Origin: an uncultured Desulfospira sp.
Lineage (GTDB): Bacteria > Desulfobacterota > Desulfobacteria > Desulfobacterales > Desulfobacteraceae
DNA length: 64,000 nucleotides
Reading direction: 5' to 3'
NCBI GenBank assembly: GCA_963663165.1
Contig: OY760175.1
Coordinates: 4,576,001-4,640,000, forward strand
The notes beneath the pieces were generated by a model. It made no database searches. It was not told the DNA's origin and was given only the letters and a program-made list of their open reading frames with translations. Numbering within the stretch: the stretch's first letter is position 1; every line of letters starts with the position of its first letter. The position numbers were made by a program, and so were the translations under genes. This document shows positions 47,461-59,012 of the stretch, piece by piece.

Positions 47461-50067
47461 TTAATCTTCAGGCGATTCCGGCGTTGCTTTTTTTTCGGGA
47501 GTGTCCGGGGGGGTAAGGGGCAGGTCGGTGCCTTGTGCAATGGACCGGATATGGATATCCCGCTGGGGAAAGCTGATTTCGATGTTCTTTTTCCTGAACT
47601 CCCGGTCGATCCGGAACCGGACATCGGTTTCCACTTCCAGCATGTTGTCCACATCGGTCCAGATCCGCAGCCTGAAATTCAGGGCACTGTCACCAAAGTC
47701 CGTGAACAGCACAGTGGGTACCGGGTAGCGAAGTATCCTCGGGGCCTGGGCCGCAATTTCCAGAAGCGTTTCCTTTACCAGTTCCACGTCAGACCCATAG
47801 GCCACCCCTACATTGATGTTGCGCCGGATCCGCCGGTCCTTGAAACTCCAGTTGGTAACCTGGCTGCTGATGAAATCGGCATTGGGAATGATCAAAGAGG
47901 CGTTGTCATAGGTCTGGACCACGGTGGACCGCACATTAATTTTCTGGACCCGGGCCCAGACACCGTTGACTTCTACATCGTCCCCAACCTGTATGGGCCG
48001 TTCAAACAGGAGAATGATGCCTGAGATAAAGTTGTTGAAAATATTCTGGAGCCCGAACCCGATCCCGATGCCTAACGCGCCGAAGGCAACCGCCATGGAG
48101 GCGGTGTTCAGGCCGAATACATGCAGGGAAATTAAAATCCCAAACGACCAGATCACATAGACGGAGATGGTGGTGATGGATTCCTGAAGCCCGCGGGCCA
48201 TGCCGCTCCGGCTCAAGAATTTGGTTTGAAACAGCCACCGCCACATCCGGATCAGGGCATAGGTGAAAATCAGCACCAGGCCGGCGGATACAATGCCAAG
48301 GAGGCTGAAATTCATGCTGCCCATGCTCAAGGGGTGGGCCAGAATCTGATACAGCCTTCCCAGAACGGTCTGGGGATTTCCCCAGGTCAGCAAAAGAATC
48401 AGCAGAAGGGATACCAGCCAGCAGAGCTGGCCTGCCCGGATCATCAGCCATTGAAGGGGATAATCATCGTAAACAAACTCTTCTTTCCGGGTATGGCTTA
48501 TTTCTTTGTAATAATGATCCCATTCCTTAAGCTGGGCATGGAATACGCCCCACCAGAATAGAATGACAATACTTTTTATCCAGGAAATCAGCCAGTGAAA
48601 AGACAGCGAGCCGTAACCGGTCATATCCATCACCAGGGCGACACCGGCAATGGTCATCAGCAGGTATTTACACGAAAGGCTTTTGAGCAGAACGGGTTTG
48701 TTCTGATCTTTTCCAAGTCCCCGGATGTTTTTTCCATTGACATCCTTCCAGGTCATGATGGCCCAGGCCAGCAGCCAGAAGGTGCCGGCCATCCGCAGCA
48801 GGATTAAAAGACCGGAATCCATGCCAAGAACGGCCTGAATCAGGGTATGGGCAAAAATGAGGTAGGCTGCCCCCCGGCTCAGGCGGCCTAACCGCTTGGC
48901 ATTGGCCTCACCTCCCACGGTTTCCCGGGCCGGCCCTGAAATCGCCAGGCCAACCCACCGGACAACGAGGAAAATCAGGATGATCACATAAGCGGTTTTA
49001 AAACCGGCCGCTACCAGAACCATCTTATCCAGACGGCTGTATAAGAAAATGGTCAGCGCTGTGCCGCCGGGGATAATAGACATTTTTAAAAGATCGGCCG
49101 CCATCAGATGCCAGGGTCCCAACTGGCTTGCCACCGGCAGGTCTTTAAGACCGGATGCGGCAGATTTCAACCGGGAAAGGATGGCCAGTGCCCCAAAAAG
49201 CACAAAAATAAACGATACGGCCACAAGCCCGGCGCTCTGCCACAGGGCTTCTGCACCGGTTATCCAGAATCCCGGCTCAGTAGCCGTTCGGATGTGCTTC
49301 CATAAATCAAGGCTTTCATTGAGAAGAACATTAAACGCATTCAGCCGTGAGTTTTTAGATTTTCGCTCAAACAGATTTTTGGCTTTCCGTTCCTCAATGG
49401 TCTGCTCAAGCTGGGTTTCCAGGTCTGAAAAAGAATTCAGCACCTCCGTCATTTTGGTTATCCGGGTCTGGTAAATCTGGTCCAGCCGGGTGACCAGGTC
49501 TTCTTTTTTCTTGAGGACACCGGCCAGGCGATCGGCTGTTTTTTTCAGGGCAAGGCTAGTGGAATCGCCCTTTTTGTCTGCATTGATCTGGACCAGTTCC
49601 TTTATTTGTTTGTCCACCAGCTGCTTTTGCTGTTCAAGGTTTTTAAGTTCGCGTTTCAGGGTGTCTTCGTCCGGGGCAAGCCCGTCTTTAATCTTCTGGA
49701 TTTCAACCATGGAAGACTTGAGCTCGGCACGGGTTTTTTGGAGTGCGGAAATGTCTGTGCCGGTTGACAGCAGCAGATTCCAGAAAGTGGATAACTGAAG
49801 CCGGTATCCGTTATATGCGGCCGTCAGGTAGTTTTGCTCCCGGTCTTCTATGGCCAGGCGCTCTTTATATTTTTCCAGGTCTTTGAGTTCGGTTTCCAGG
49901 GATTTATCCAGAATCTGCCCCAGATCATCGATCAGTTTTGATGCGCCATTGCCTTCTGCGGCCACAGCGCTGATCCGCAAGGGGCCGGCAATCGCCGTGA
50001 CCATCAAGAAAAGCAAACAAAAGTTTAAAACCCAGCGTCTGGTTCGAAAATCAAGGTAAACGGTCAT
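47461..50067 (-). CDS. Large MscS-family mechanosensitive channel (MscK-like)
   Basis: Coiled-coil N-terminus, many TMs, GIGFGLQNIFNNFISG..FERPIQVGD, IPNA.F..VTNWS, FPQRD. Confidence 0.93.
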   Translation of the reverse strand: MTVYLDFRTRRWVLNFCLLFLMVTAIAGPLRISAVAAEGNGASKLIDDLGQILDKSLETELKDLEKYKERLAIEDREQNYLTAAYNGYRLQLSTFWNLLLSTGTDISALQKTRAELKSSMVEIQKIKDGLAPDEDTLKRELKNLEQQKQLVDKQIKELVQINADKKGDSTSLALKKTADRLAGVLKKKEDLVTRLDQIYQTRITKMTEVLNSFSDLETQLEQTIEERKAKNLFERKSKNSRLNAFNVLLNESLDLWKHIRTATEPGFWITGAEALWQSAGLVAVSFIFVLFGALAILSRLKSAASGLKDLPVASQLGPWHLMAADLLKMSIIPGGTALTIFLYSRLDKMVLVAAGFKTAYVIILIFLVVRWVGLAISGPARETVGGEANAKRLGRLSRGAAYLIFAHTLIQAVLGMDSGLLILLRMAGTFWLLAWAIMTWKDVNGKNIRGLGKDQNKPVLLKSLSCKYLLMTIAGVALVMDMTGYGSLSFHWLISWIKSIVILFWWGVFHAQLKEWDHYYKEISHTRKEEFVYDDYPLQWLMIRAGQLCWLVSLLLILLLTWGNPQTVLGRLYQILAHPLSMGSMNFSLLGIVSAGLVLIFTYALIRMWRWLFQTKFLSRSGMARGLQESITTISVYVIWSFGILISLHVFGLNTASMAVAFGALGIGIGFGLQNIFNNFISGIILLFERPIQVGDDVEVNGVWARVQKINVRSTVVQTYDNASLIIPNADFISSQVTNWSFKDRRIRRNINVGVAYGSDVELVKETLLEIAAQAPRILRYPVPTVLFTDFGDSALNFRLRIWTDVDNMLEVETDVRFRIDREFRKKNIEISFPQRDIHIRSIAQGTDLPLTPPDTPEKKATPESPED

Positions 50068-50078
50068 AAATCAGCCTC

Positions 50079-51143
50079 CTAAAACCACCCTTTTTTTTTG
50101 AAATAAACGGCCATTGTTCCCCCCACCACAGCCATCAGCCCTAAAAGGCCAAAGTACCCCCATTGCCATTCCAGTTCAGGCATGACCTTGAAATTCATTC
50201 CGTAAATACCGGCCAGAAAGGTCAGGGGAATGAAAATGGTGGCAATGATGGTCAGGGTCCTCATGACATCGTTGGTCCGGTTGGCCTGGACCGATATATA
50301 CAGATCCAGCATGCCGGACAGCAGATCCCGGAAAGAGTTGATGGTATCCAGAATATGGATCAGATGATCGTACACATCGGTATAAAAGCGAATGGTCTCC
50401 TCAGGCAGCAACAGGGACTCGGATGAGATCAGGCTGCCCACGGCCTCCCTTAACGGCCGGACCTGCTTTTGGGAAAAGATCATCTCCCGTTTAAGATTGT
50501 GGAGCCGTTCAAGGTGGCTTGGATCAACGCGTTCAAGCATTTCCTGCTCCAGCGTCTCCACTTCGTCCCCCATCTGGAACAGAACCTGAAAATAGTGGTC
50601 CACAATGGAATCTATCAGGGCATAGGCCAGGTAGCCGGAATCCGCGTTCCGGATCCGCCCTTTACCGCTTCGCAGCCGTTTGAGCACCGGTTCCAGGCAG
50701 GGGATCTCCTCTTCCTGGACCGAGATCAGCACATTCGGGCAGGCCACAATACTGAACGGATGAGTGGACACCATTTTCTTGGAAGGGGTATACGCCAATT
50801 GTCTTAAGGCGACGAAAAAATAGTCTTCAAAATCTTCAAATTTAGGGGGGTGACCCGGGTTGGCCATATCTTCAAGGGTCAGGGGGTGGATATGGAACAG
50901 GTCACCTATTTTTGAAAGCGTTTCCAGGTCACCAAGGCCGATAACGTGAATCCAGGCCATCTCCTTGTCCCGAATATAGGGGACGGCCGCATCCATATCC
51001 GGCACCTGGGTTTCATTAAATGAATCTTTTGAATAGGTATGCACAAAGATTTTTGGTGCCGGCCCTTTAGCGGCGGCGGGGTCAATTTGCAGTCCCGGGG
51101 CAGCCCCGGCTTGTTTTTTTGACTTTTTGATAAATCTGGACAT
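50079..51143 (-). CDS. corA: Magnesium/cobalt transporter CorA
   Basis: IHPLTLED, TIFIPLTFLAGIYGMNF..MPEL.W. Confidence 0.96.
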   Translation of the reverse strand: MSRFIKKSKKQAGAAPGLQIDPAAAKGPAPKIFVHTYSKDSFNETQVPDMDAAVPYIRDKEMAWIHVIGLGDLETLSKIGDLFHIHPLTLEDMANPGHPPKFEDFEDYFFVALRQLAYTPSKKMVSTHPFSIVACPNVLISVQEEEIPCLEPVLKRLRSGKGRIRNADSGYLAYALIDSIVDHYFQVLFQMGDEVETLEQEMLERVDPSHLERLHNLKREMIFSQKQVRPLREAVGSLISSESLLLPEETIRFYTDVYDHLIHILDTINSFRDLLSGMLDLYISVQANRTNDVMRTLTIIATIFIPLTFLAGIYGMNFKVMPELEWQWGYFGLLGLMAVVGGTMAVYFKKKGWF

Positions 51144-51173
51144 AAAAAACCATTTTGGTTACAGGTTACTGGA

Positions 51174-51968
51174 TCACTTTATATCATCTGGGGTCCCAAG
51201 GCAAAATTTTTGGTCCGTGCCTTTGGGGGCGCCGGTATCATCATAGGTCCTCTCAGTAACAGCGGCGGTCTGGTTTGGGGAAACAATGACCAGGGTTGAA
51301 GACCTTGTTCCGTAGCCCTGGCTTTCCACAAAGATGGAAGACAGAATCCTTTCCCAGTCAAGTCCGACACCGGTGTCCGGCAAATCTGAATCATGGGGGC
51401 GTGACCGGTCCCCCAAAAGGGAAAAAAGCACTTCCGGGTCCGGGTTTCTCCCATGGCCCATGGCTTCTTTGAGCCGTGCTTTGCCCTTTTGAACCTTTGG
51501 CCAGGCCGTGTTGAGCAGGTGGTTGCTCAGGCCGTGGATCCCCGGCGGGATCAAATCAATTTTCCGGGATTGGTTGGAATATCCGTAAAGGCAGGGGGTG
51601 TTGCCGAAAATCTGCCCGGCCAGGAGGTTAAAACCGTTATATCGGTCCGCTGTTTGATCAAGGGAACCTAGAAATGTTAAAGGGTCGGTATCAGATTCAA
51701 GAAACCGGGGGATGATCTCGCCTCTGGACGGGGCATTTTCTTTAAGCGAAGACAGGTCCCGGTAATTGGTCAGGGCGGCAAATTTCCCCGTTTCATTCAG
51801 ACCTAACCATGTCCCGCCCTGTGCCAGGTCTTTGCCGGCCAGAACAGGGGCGGGACCATCCCAGAAATCCATGGCCGCGGTGGGCCGGGCAAAGAATTCA
51901 TCCCGGTTGGCGGCCAAAACCAGGGGGGCAGCGGGTGATATATTTAATCCAAATAAAATAAGGCACAT
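51174..51968 (-). CDS. NRDE/TANGO2-family protein
   Basis: MCLI..ANRDEF, GGTWLG, LTNYR, SRG, YGTRSST. Confidence 0.95.
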   Translation of the reverse strand: MCLILFGLNISPAAPLVLAANRDEFFARPTAAMDFWDGPAPVLAGKDLAQGGTWLGLNETGKFAALTNYRDLSSLKENAPSRGEIIPRFLESDTDPLTFLGSLDQTADRYNGFNLLAGQIFGNTPCLYGYSNQSRKIDLIPPGIHGLSNHLLNTAWPKVQKGKARLKEAMGHGRNPDPEVLFSLLGDRSRPHDSDLPDTGVGLDWERILSSIFVESQGYGTRSSTLVIVSPNQTAAVTERTYDDTGAPKGTDQKFCLGTPDDIK

Positions 51969-52072
51969 GGAGAATTCCTTGTCTTTTAAGGCCTGGTCTG
52001 CTATTGACCAGTAGTTTAAAGGTTACGTGTAGCCGTTACATCAAGAAAAATCAATATAAGCGGAGGAAAGAA

Positions 52073-53359
52073 ATGAAAGATGTTGTCATTGTAAGCGGCG
52101 TTAGAACAGCGGTCGGTTCTTTTGGCGGTTCGTTGAAAAGTGTTCCTGTGGTTGAGTTGGGAAGATATGTCATGAAAGACGTCCTCAAAAGGGCAGGCCT
52201 GCGACCTGAGGTTTCTGATGAGCAGACCGAATTCTTTCCGGAGGCCCTCAAGGATCAGGGCCGGATTGAGCTTGAGTCCAAGGGATACGATTATGACGAC
52301 AGCCTGCAACCGGTCTTTATTGATGAAGTCATCATGGGCAATGTGCTTCAGGCAGGCCAGGGACAGAATACGGCCAGACAGGCCATGATCGCGTCCGGTA
52401 TTACCCGGTTTACCCCGGCCGTGACCATTAACAAGATCTGCGGCTCTGGCCTGAAAGCCATTGCCATGGGTGCCCAGGCCATTATGGCCGGCCAGGCCGA
52501 GGTTATCCTTGCCGGCGGCCAGGAAAGCATGAGCAACGCCCCCATGGCCCTTCTCAAGGCCAGATGGGGACACCGTATGGAGTTGACCGGACAGGGACCG
52601 GTTCATGACCTGATGGTGTTTGACGGACTGTATGAAATTTTTTACGGATACCACATGGGCCAGACCGCTGAAAATATTGTGGACAAATACGGCATCTCCA
52701 GAGAAGAACAGGACCAGCTGGCCCTGTTAAGCCACCAGCGGGCCTATGCCGCCGTTCATGACGGCACCTTTGCCCAAGAAATTGTCCCGGTGGTCATCTC
52801 TTCAAGAAAAGGGGATACCATTGTGGACAAGGACGAGCGGCCCATGGACACCAGCCTTGAAAAAATGGCCAAGCTTCGCCCGGCATTTAGAAAAGACGGC
52901 TCTGTAACTGCCGGCAACGCCTCAGGAATCAACGATGCGGCCGCAGCGGTTCTGCTCATGACCGAAGAAAAAGCCGATGAACTCGGCCTTGAAAAACTGG
53001 CAAAAATCAAGAGCTTTGCCGCCGGCGGCGTTGACCCCGCATACATGGGTTTAGGGCCGGTTCCTGCAGTGAAAAAAGTCCTCAAACAGACCGGAATGAC
53101 CATGGGTGACATTGAAATGATCGAGTTGAACGAAGCCTTTGCATCCCAGGCCATTGGCTGCATGAGAGAACTTAATATCGACGTGGAAAAGCCCAATGAA
53201 CTGGGTTCCGGGATTTCCATCGGCCATCCCATTGGATGCACCGGTGCCCGGCAGATGGTTACGGCCATCCATCAGATGAAGAGAAAAGGATATGCCAACT
53301 GCCTGATCTCCATGTGTATCGGGGGCGGCATGGGCATGGCCATGATCATTGAAAAGTAG
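52073..53359 (+). CDS. Acetyl-CoA C-acyltransferase (thiolase)
   Basis: INKICGSG, TAGNASGINDAAAA, NEAFA, GHPIGCTG, MCIGGGMG; GGAGG RBS. Confidence 0.97.
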   Translation: MKDVVIVSGVRTAVGSFGGSLKSVPVVELGRYVMKDVLKRAGLRPEVSDEQTEFFPEALKDQGRIELESKGYDYDDSLQPVFIDEVIMGNVLQAGQGQNTARQAMIASGITRFTPAVTINKICGSGLKAIAMGAQAIMAGQAEVILAGGQESMSNAPMALLKARWGHRMELTGQGPVHDLMVFDGLYEIFYGYHMGQTAENIVDKYGISREEQDQLALLSHQRAYAAVHDGTFAQEIVPVVISSRKGDTIVDKDERPMDTSLEKMAKLRPAFRKDGSVTAGNASGINDAAAAVLLMTEEKADELGLEKLAKIKSFAAGGVDPAYMGLGPVPAVKKVLKQTGMTMGDIEMIELNEAFASQAIGCMRELNIDVEKPNELGSGISIGHPIGCTGARQMVTAIHQMKRKGYANCLISMCIGGGMGMAMIIEK

Positions 53360-53406
53360 GCGGTACGGGACTTGTCAAAAAAATAAAAAATAGGTAAATT
53401 TTTTCC

Positions 53407-53435
53407 TTGACCTTGCCTTTTTTGTCGACTATGAT
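53407..53435 (+). promoter_or_regulatory. Sigma70-type promoter
   Basis: TTGACC-N17-TATGAT. Confidence 0.7.
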
Positions 53436-53441
53436 AGCCAC

Positions 53442-53629
53442 CGTTTGTCCATTTGTTGATGTTGATCCTGTTGCTGACGTTCCTGTTGCTGCTCCTGTTG
53501 CTGCTGTTTTTTCTGAACCTCATGCGGAACCTGAACCTGACCTGAGCCTGATGCTGAACCTGATCTGAAGTTCTAAATGGTGCTAACAACCTGGGCTGGG
53601 CAGTTTTTCTGCCCGGCCCTTTTTATTTT
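53442..53629 (+). ncRNA. Candidate ~185-nt CUG-repeat small RNA (or mRNA for a 28-aa Leu-rich peptide)
   Basis: Own promoter and terminator; CCTGTTGCTG x3 and CCTGA x5; ORF 53459-53545 lacks an RBS. Confidence 0.5.
53592..53629 (+). terminator. Intrinsic terminator
   Basis: GGGCTGGGCAG-TTTTT-CTGCCCGGCCC-TTTTATTTT. Confidence 0.85.
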
Positions 53630-53643
53630 CTGCGGCATGGGAA

Positions 53644-54726
53644 TTAATCCTTAAAGCAAAGTTTAATCTCATTAAACTTTGCCGCCACTTTTTTAAAGAC
53701 CTTGACCACGTCCGGGTCAAAGTGTTCACCGGATTCTGAAACAATGATTTCCACAGCCTTATCGTGGGAGAATTCAGGTTTGTAACAGCGAACCGAAACC
53801 AGGGCGTCATACACATCGGCCACGGCCATGAGCCGGGCGGACAAGGGGATTTCAAACCCTTTAAGGCCGTTTGGATATCCTTTGCCGTTCCACCGCTCGT
53901 GATGAAAGGCGGCAATCTCTTCGGCCAGATGCAAAAACAAATTGGTGCTGTCCAGCTGTTTCTGGGTTTCAAAAATGGCGGACTTTCCAAACAGGGTATG
54001 TTCCTTCATGGTTTCAAATTCCATGTTGTCAAGCCGTCCGGGCTTGAGCAGGATACTGTCCGGCACCCCGACTTTCCCGATATCATGGAGGGGGGCCGAC
54101 TTAAACAGCATTTCTATCCGGTCTTCAGTCAGATACTCATGGTATTCGGGCAGGGTGCCCATTTCTTCGGCCAGGGCCTTGACAAAATGCTGGGTCCGCC
54201 GCAAATGGTTCCCGGTTTCAGGGTCCCGGAATTCCGCCAGGCTTCCCATGGCCACAATGGTGGCTTCCTGGGACCGGGCCAGTTCTTTGGTCCGGCGCTT
54301 TACCATCTGCTCTAAAATGCTGTTTTGTACCTTGAGAAAATCCCTGGCCTGTTTGAGCTCCAGATGGGTGGATACCCGGGCCATCAGGACGGCAGGGCTG
54401 ATGGGTTTATAGATATAGTCAACCGCACCGAGACGCAGTCCCTTTTCCTCATCCTCGGCATTGTTGAGGGCGGTCAGAAAAATTACTGGAATGTCGCTGA
54501 ATTCAGACCGCTTAATCCTTTGGCAAACCTCATACCCGTCCATCTCAGGCATGACAATGTCGGTTAAAATGAGGTCCGGCCTCACCAATGAGTGCTTCAG
54601 GACATCAAGCCCTTTATGGCCGTCTGTGGCCACTTTTACCTTATAACGTTCCTTTAGCGTCCGGCTGATCACGGTCAGGATCTCCGGGGTGTCTTCAATC
54701 ACAAGGATTGTTTTTTTATTGGTCAT
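53644..54726 (-). CDS. REC + HD-GYP response regulator (RpfG-like c-di-GMP phosphodiesterase)
   Basis: REC, RDPETGNH, LHDIGK, HHERWNGKGYP, VADVYDAL. Confidence 0.95.
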   Translation of the reverse strand: MTNKKTILVIEDTPEILTVISRTLKERYKVKVATDGHKGLDVLKHSLVRPDLILTDIVMPEMDGYEVCQRIKRSEFSDIPVIFLTALNNAEDEEKGLRLGAVDYIYKPISPAVLMARVSTHLELKQARDFLKVQNSILEQMVKRRTKELARSQEATIVAMGSLAEFRDPETGNHLRRTQHFVKALAEEMGTLPEYHEYLTEDRIEMLFKSAPLHDIGKVGVPDSILLKPGRLDNMEFETMKEHTLFGKSAIFETQKQLDSTNLFLHLAEEIAAFHHERWNGKGYPNGLKGFEIPLSARLMAVADVYDALVSVRCYKPEFSHDKAVEIIVSESGEHFDPDVVKVFKKVAAKFNEIKLCFKD

Positions 54727-54782
54727 GGCATCACGTTTTATAAGTTGGCGTTACCCCGTGGTTGTGCGAACAGTGAAGCCTT

Positions 54783-57700
54783 TCAGGTGCTTTTGCCCGG
54801 GATTTGGGACAAGGTTTCCAGCGCTTCATCAAATTTATACTTTTGCAAAGCTGACTCAAGGCGGCTGAAAAGTTCTTTGGGAATACCGTTTTTCAGTTCG
54901 CTTTTGTGGCCGGTGAAAAAGTCCACGGCCTCAAAATCGTCGTCCGCCAGAAGTGTTTTAAGGGCGTCAATCACGGCAAGACATGATTCCGGGGACTTGT
55001 CCACAGGGGCGGCAGCCGGCTCTAAAGCCGTTTGAGTTTCACCGGGGAATGCCCGTTCAAGTTCGGTTAAGATGTTTTTAAGGCTTTCAATGCAAAATGC
55101 CATTGACCCTCTGACGGCCCCATGGTCCTGGTTGTTCAGGTCATTTTCCAGGTCTGATGCGGCCTGGCTCAATCCTACAGCGCCGATGCTGCCGGCCACC
55201 CCTTTCAGGGTGTGTGCATAATGTTTGGCCTGTTCATAATCTTTTTGTTCGATTCCGGTGGTGATAAACCCGATATATTCGCCATAGTTTTTCTGAAACT
55301 GCTGTAACAGATCAAGGTATAAGCTGATATTGCCGCCCACCAGCCTTAGCCCTAAGTTTGTATCTATGCCGATAATATCAGGCACGGTTTTTTCTTTCAG
55401 AATTTTTTCCCGGTTCTGCCCGGGTACCTTGGTCGCGCCCGGCCGGCGGTCTTTGGGGACAACGATCCAGGTTTCAAGAACCTTGAACAGTTCATCAATG
55501 ACAATCGGTTTGGCCACATGGTCATTCATTCCCGTTTCAAGGGCTTTTTGCTTGTCTGTGGCCATGGCGTTGGCGGTCATGGCAATGATGGGAAGTCCCT
55601 CAAAGCTCTGGATACGGCGAATTTTTTCTGTGGCCGTATACCCGTCCATAACCGGCATCTGAACATCCATGAGAACCAGATCAAAACCATTCCCGTGTTT
55701 CAAGGCGTTCATCAAACACTCAATTCCGACCTGGCCGTTTTCAGCCACCGTTACTTCAAGCCCTTCATTGGACAGAATCTCGCAGGCCACCTGCTGGTTG
55801 ATTTCATTGTCTTCAACCAGAAGAATCCGGGCCCCCTTGATATGGTCGGGAAGAGCGGATAAATCGGTCCCTGTTGTGGTAATGATTTCTTTGCCGAAGG
55901 CCGACATGATGGCGTCAAACAACAGCGAGGGGAAAATGGGCTTGGCCAGAATCTGGGCAAACTCAACACCGTCAAGCTGATCTGTCACGGTTTTCTTGTC
56001 ATAGGCTGTCAGCATGATCAGGATCGGTTTCTGGCTTAAGTTCAGAGTCGTCTGAATCTGACGGGCGGTCTCTATTCCGTCCATGCCCGGCATCCTAAAA
56101 TCAATGATGGCCAGGTCAAAAGGTGCGCCTTTCTGGTCGGCATCTCTTAAAATGCCAAGCGCCTCTTCCCCGCTTTGGGCTTCTGTTGCCTGGTATCCAA
56201 AGTCTTTGATCTGGCGCATCAGAATAAGCCGGGTGGTGGAATTGTCATCAACGATTAACACCCGCATGCCCTTCATCTGGTCATCAAGTGTTCGCGTGGG
56301 TCGTGTCCCTTTTTCCTGGTCTATCTTGAACCTTGCGGTAAACCAGAAGGTAGATCCCCGGCCGGGAGCGGATATCGCTCCGATTTGTCCGCCCATCATT
56401 TCTGCCATGGTTTTACTGATGGTCAGCCCCAGGCCGGTGCCGCCGAATTTCCTGGTGGTTGAACTGTCGGCCTGGCTGAATGCGGTAAAAAGCCGGCGTT
56501 GTTCTTCTTCGCTCATCCCGATCCCGCTGTCGCAGACCTCAAAGCGGAGCAGAATGGTGTCATCTTTTATTTCCGTGGTGGTCATTTTAAGGGTGATATC
56601 GCCTTCCTGGGTAAATTTGACGGCGTTATTGAGCAAATTGATCAAAATTTGCCGCAGCCGGACCGGGTCACCCAGGACCCTTTCCGGGATACCCGGCTCT
56701 AAATCGACCATCATTTCAAGCCCCTTGTTGTTGGCGGCAAGCCCCACCACCTGGCAGGCATTGTACAGAATATCATCGTAGAGGTTGAACGAGATTTCTT
56801 CCAGTTCCATTTTGCCGGCCTCAATCTTGGAAAAATCAAGGATATCATTAATGATACGCAGTAGATTATCAGCGGACAGGGTGATTTTTTCAAGGTAATC
56901 ATGCTGCTGAGGTGTCAGGTCGGTCTGTCTGAGCAGATGGGCCAATCCCATCACCGCATTCATGGGGGTTCGGATTTCATGGCTCATGTTGGCCAGGAAT
57001 GTGCTTTTGGCCTGATTGGCCACCTCGGCTTCTTTTCTGGCGATGATCAGCTTTTTTTCCGTCCGGTTTTTTTCATTAATTTCTTTTTTTAACCGATCAT
57101 TGGTGGCATTAATTCTTCGGATAAAAAATTTATCAATGAGCAGATACCCGGTCACGCTCAAAAACAGGAAAAGAAGCACCGCAGCCGTTAAAATGGTTAA
57201 CAGCAGAGAAAAATTGGTGGCCTGGATGACGGCCACTTTTTTTTCAATCATGGTATCAATGGCATCAATATAAACCCCGGTTCCGATGATCCAGTTAAAC
57301 GGCTCAAATGTCCGGACATAGGACAGTTTTGGCTCTTCCCTGGTAAGGCCGTCCCGGGTCGGCTTCGGCCACATATAGGTGACGAACCCCCCGTTTTTCT
57401 GTTTTGCCGCAGTGACAAATGCTTTGAACAGATTTTTTTCATCACCGATGGCCACCTTGAACCGTTCACTGTCCATTACCCTGCCTTCAAGTTCCGGCAT
57501 GGTGGGGTGCATGAGCATGGTGGGGTAAGGCTCTGTGTTGTCATTGATCCAGAAATATCCTACCCCGGTGTTGTACCGCATTTTTCTTAAGTCCTGCTTT
57601 GATTTTTCCACGGCGCGGGTGATGGCATCGTCAATGTAGATCCCGGTTCCAAGGACCCAGCCCCATTCAGGAATCCACCGGATATACGACAGTTTCAGGG

Positions 57701-58436
57701 TGGGCCTGACAAAGCCGTCGGCCCCGGGCTTGGGCCAGACATAATCAATATATCCGCTGCCGTAGTTGAGGACTTCTTCCACCATGGCGGCAAACAGGTT
57801 TTTCTTTGATTTTAAAGCGCTGTTAAATTTTTCGTCATCAAGGACCGTGCCGTTAAGCTCCGGCTGAACAGGGTGCATGAGCATCTTTGGATAAGGCAGC
57901 TGGTCGTTGTTGATCCAGACATAGCCGATCCCTAATTCGTCAAGTGTTTTGGCCCTGCCGTTTTCCCCTGTGGCTGTTTCGGGGATGACATCGCGTTCTA
58001 ATGTATCTAATCCTTTTTTCCAGATGTAACCGGTTCCCCGGTCATAGGTCAGCTGGCCAATGGATTCAAAGGCGTTTTGCTGGGCCTGCTCAAGTGAGAT
58101 GACATTCTTTTCAGCCAGAGCGATCTGTTCCTGGATAATGGATGCGGCGACATCAATGACTTTGTTGAGGGCCAGACCGTATTCTTTTTGAAGCCAGACC
58201 GTATCCTGGGTGTTTTCATAATTTGACTGGACGATATTATAGGCGATTTCAACATAATTGCGAAGTTTATGCCTGGCCTTGTTCATTTCTTCGTTCCGGA
58301 TGGCGGCGATTTCTTTTTTCCCGGCAGAATTAATAATGGTGTGCATGATCAGCCCCTGGCTGAATCCAAAGATCAGAAGGGTGATCAAAATGGCTAAAAT
58401 GAGAACCCCAATGGTGCTCTTCCTGTTAATGGTCAC
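54783..58436 (-). CDS. Hybrid sensor kinase: two Cache domains, HisKA, HATPase, two REC, Hpt
   Basis: [29 protein letters not shown], two receivers, AHTLKGVAG Hpt. Confidence 0.96.
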   Translation of the reverse strand: MTINRKSTIGVLILAILITLLIFGFSQGLIMHTIINSAGKKEIAAIRNEEMNKARHKLRNYVEIAYNIVQSNYENTQDTVWLQKEYGLALNKVIDVAASIIQEQIALAEKNVISLEQAQQNAFESIGQLTYDRGTGYIWKKGLDTLERDVIPETATGENGRAKTLDELGIGYVWINNDQLPYPKMLMHPVQPELNGTVLDDEKFNSALKSKKNLFAAMVEEVLNYGSGYIDYVWPKPGADGFVRPTLKLSYIRWIPEWGWVLGTGIYIDDAITRAVEKSKQDLRKMRYNTGVGYFWINDNTEPYPTMLMHPTMPELEGRVMDSERFKVAIGDEKNLFKAFVTAAKQKNGGFVTYMWPKPTRDGLTREEPKLSYVRTFEPFNWIIGTGVYIDAIDTMIEKKVAVIQATNFSLLLTILTAAVLLFLFLSVTGYLLIDKFFIRRINATNDRLKKEINEKNRTEKKLIIARKEAEVANQAKSTFLANMSHEIRTPMNAVMGLAHLLRQTDLTPQQHDYLEKITLSADNLLRIINDILDFSKIEAGKMELEEISFNLYDDILYNACQVVGLAANNKGLEMMVDLEPGIPERVLGDPVRLRQILINLLNNAVKFTQEGDITLKMTTTEIKDDTILLRFEVCDSGIGMSEEEQRRLFTAFSQADSSTTRKFGGTGLGLTISKTMAEMMGGQIGAISAPGRGSTFWFTARFKIDQEKGTRPTRTLDDQMKGMRVLIVDDNSTTRLILMRQIKDFGYQATEAQSGEEALGILRDADQKGAPFDLAIIDFRMPGMDGIETARQIQTTLNLSQKPILIMLTAYDKKTVTDQLDGVEFAQILAKPIFPSLLFDAIMSAFGKEIITTTGTDLSALPDHIKGARILLVEDNEINQQVACEILSNEGLEVTVAENGQVGIECLMNALKHGNGFDLVLMDVQMPVMDGYTATEKIRRIQSFEGLPIIAMTANAMATDKQKALETGMNDHVAKPIVIDELFKVLETWIVVPKDRRPGATKVPGQNREKILKEKTVPDIIGIDTNLGLRLVGGNISLYLDLLQQFQKNYGEYIGFITTGIEQKDYEQAKHYAHTLKGVAGSIGAVGLSQAASDLENDLNNQDHGAVRGSMAFCIESLKNILTELERAFPGETQTALEPAAAPVDKSPESCLAVIDALKTLLADDDFEAVDFFTGHKSELKNGIPKELFSRLESALQKYKFDEALETLSQIPGKST

Positions 58437-59012
58437 GGGTGCTCCTTAAACGGTTAGGTTGTGGCGTTGGCTTAAACCATAAGCCCTTGACTCAATTGAT
58501 CGCAGGCCGCTGAAAATGAATATCATCTCCCGGGTTTGCAGCCGTCGGCGCTTAAGGGTGTGGCGAAAAATTGGACCGCCTTGAAATTCATGATTCGGAT
58601 CGCAAAGATTTTAATATTCCTGTCATATTAGGCCTGTGAAGGGCTTTTTGTCAAGCCGGGATATCATATTATTTAACGGATTGGAAACCGCGGCGAGAAT
58701 GAATTTAAATATTTTAAAAAATCGCGTTCATTTAGAAATTTTAATATTTTCTTTTTATTATTTTGCCGGTATAATGATTTTTAAATTTAACGTAAATTTC
58801 CTGATAATATAGCGGTTCGCCCCAATTTTTAGATGTCTTTTTTTTGCCGCTGTCTCGCCTGCCCGGTTTTACGGAAGGTTGAAATTATAATTTTTTTACT
58901 TGAGAAAAAAGCTAATTCACAGCTATCCCGCCTTTGGGGAGTAAGATTGATGTTCATAATTTAAGAAGGTTGCATAAAGACTAACCGCAATATTTAAAGC
59001 CAGGGGGTGCAA

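Noticed and set aside
53272..53589. 105-aa minus-strand ORF across the repeat region
   Set aside because: Low complexity, overlaps the thiolase end, no RBS; promoter and terminator polarity favour the plus strand
58500..58600. GCGGTCC and GACGGCTGC words shared with the PEP-CTERM leaders
   Set aside because: Matches are too short to distinguish from chance
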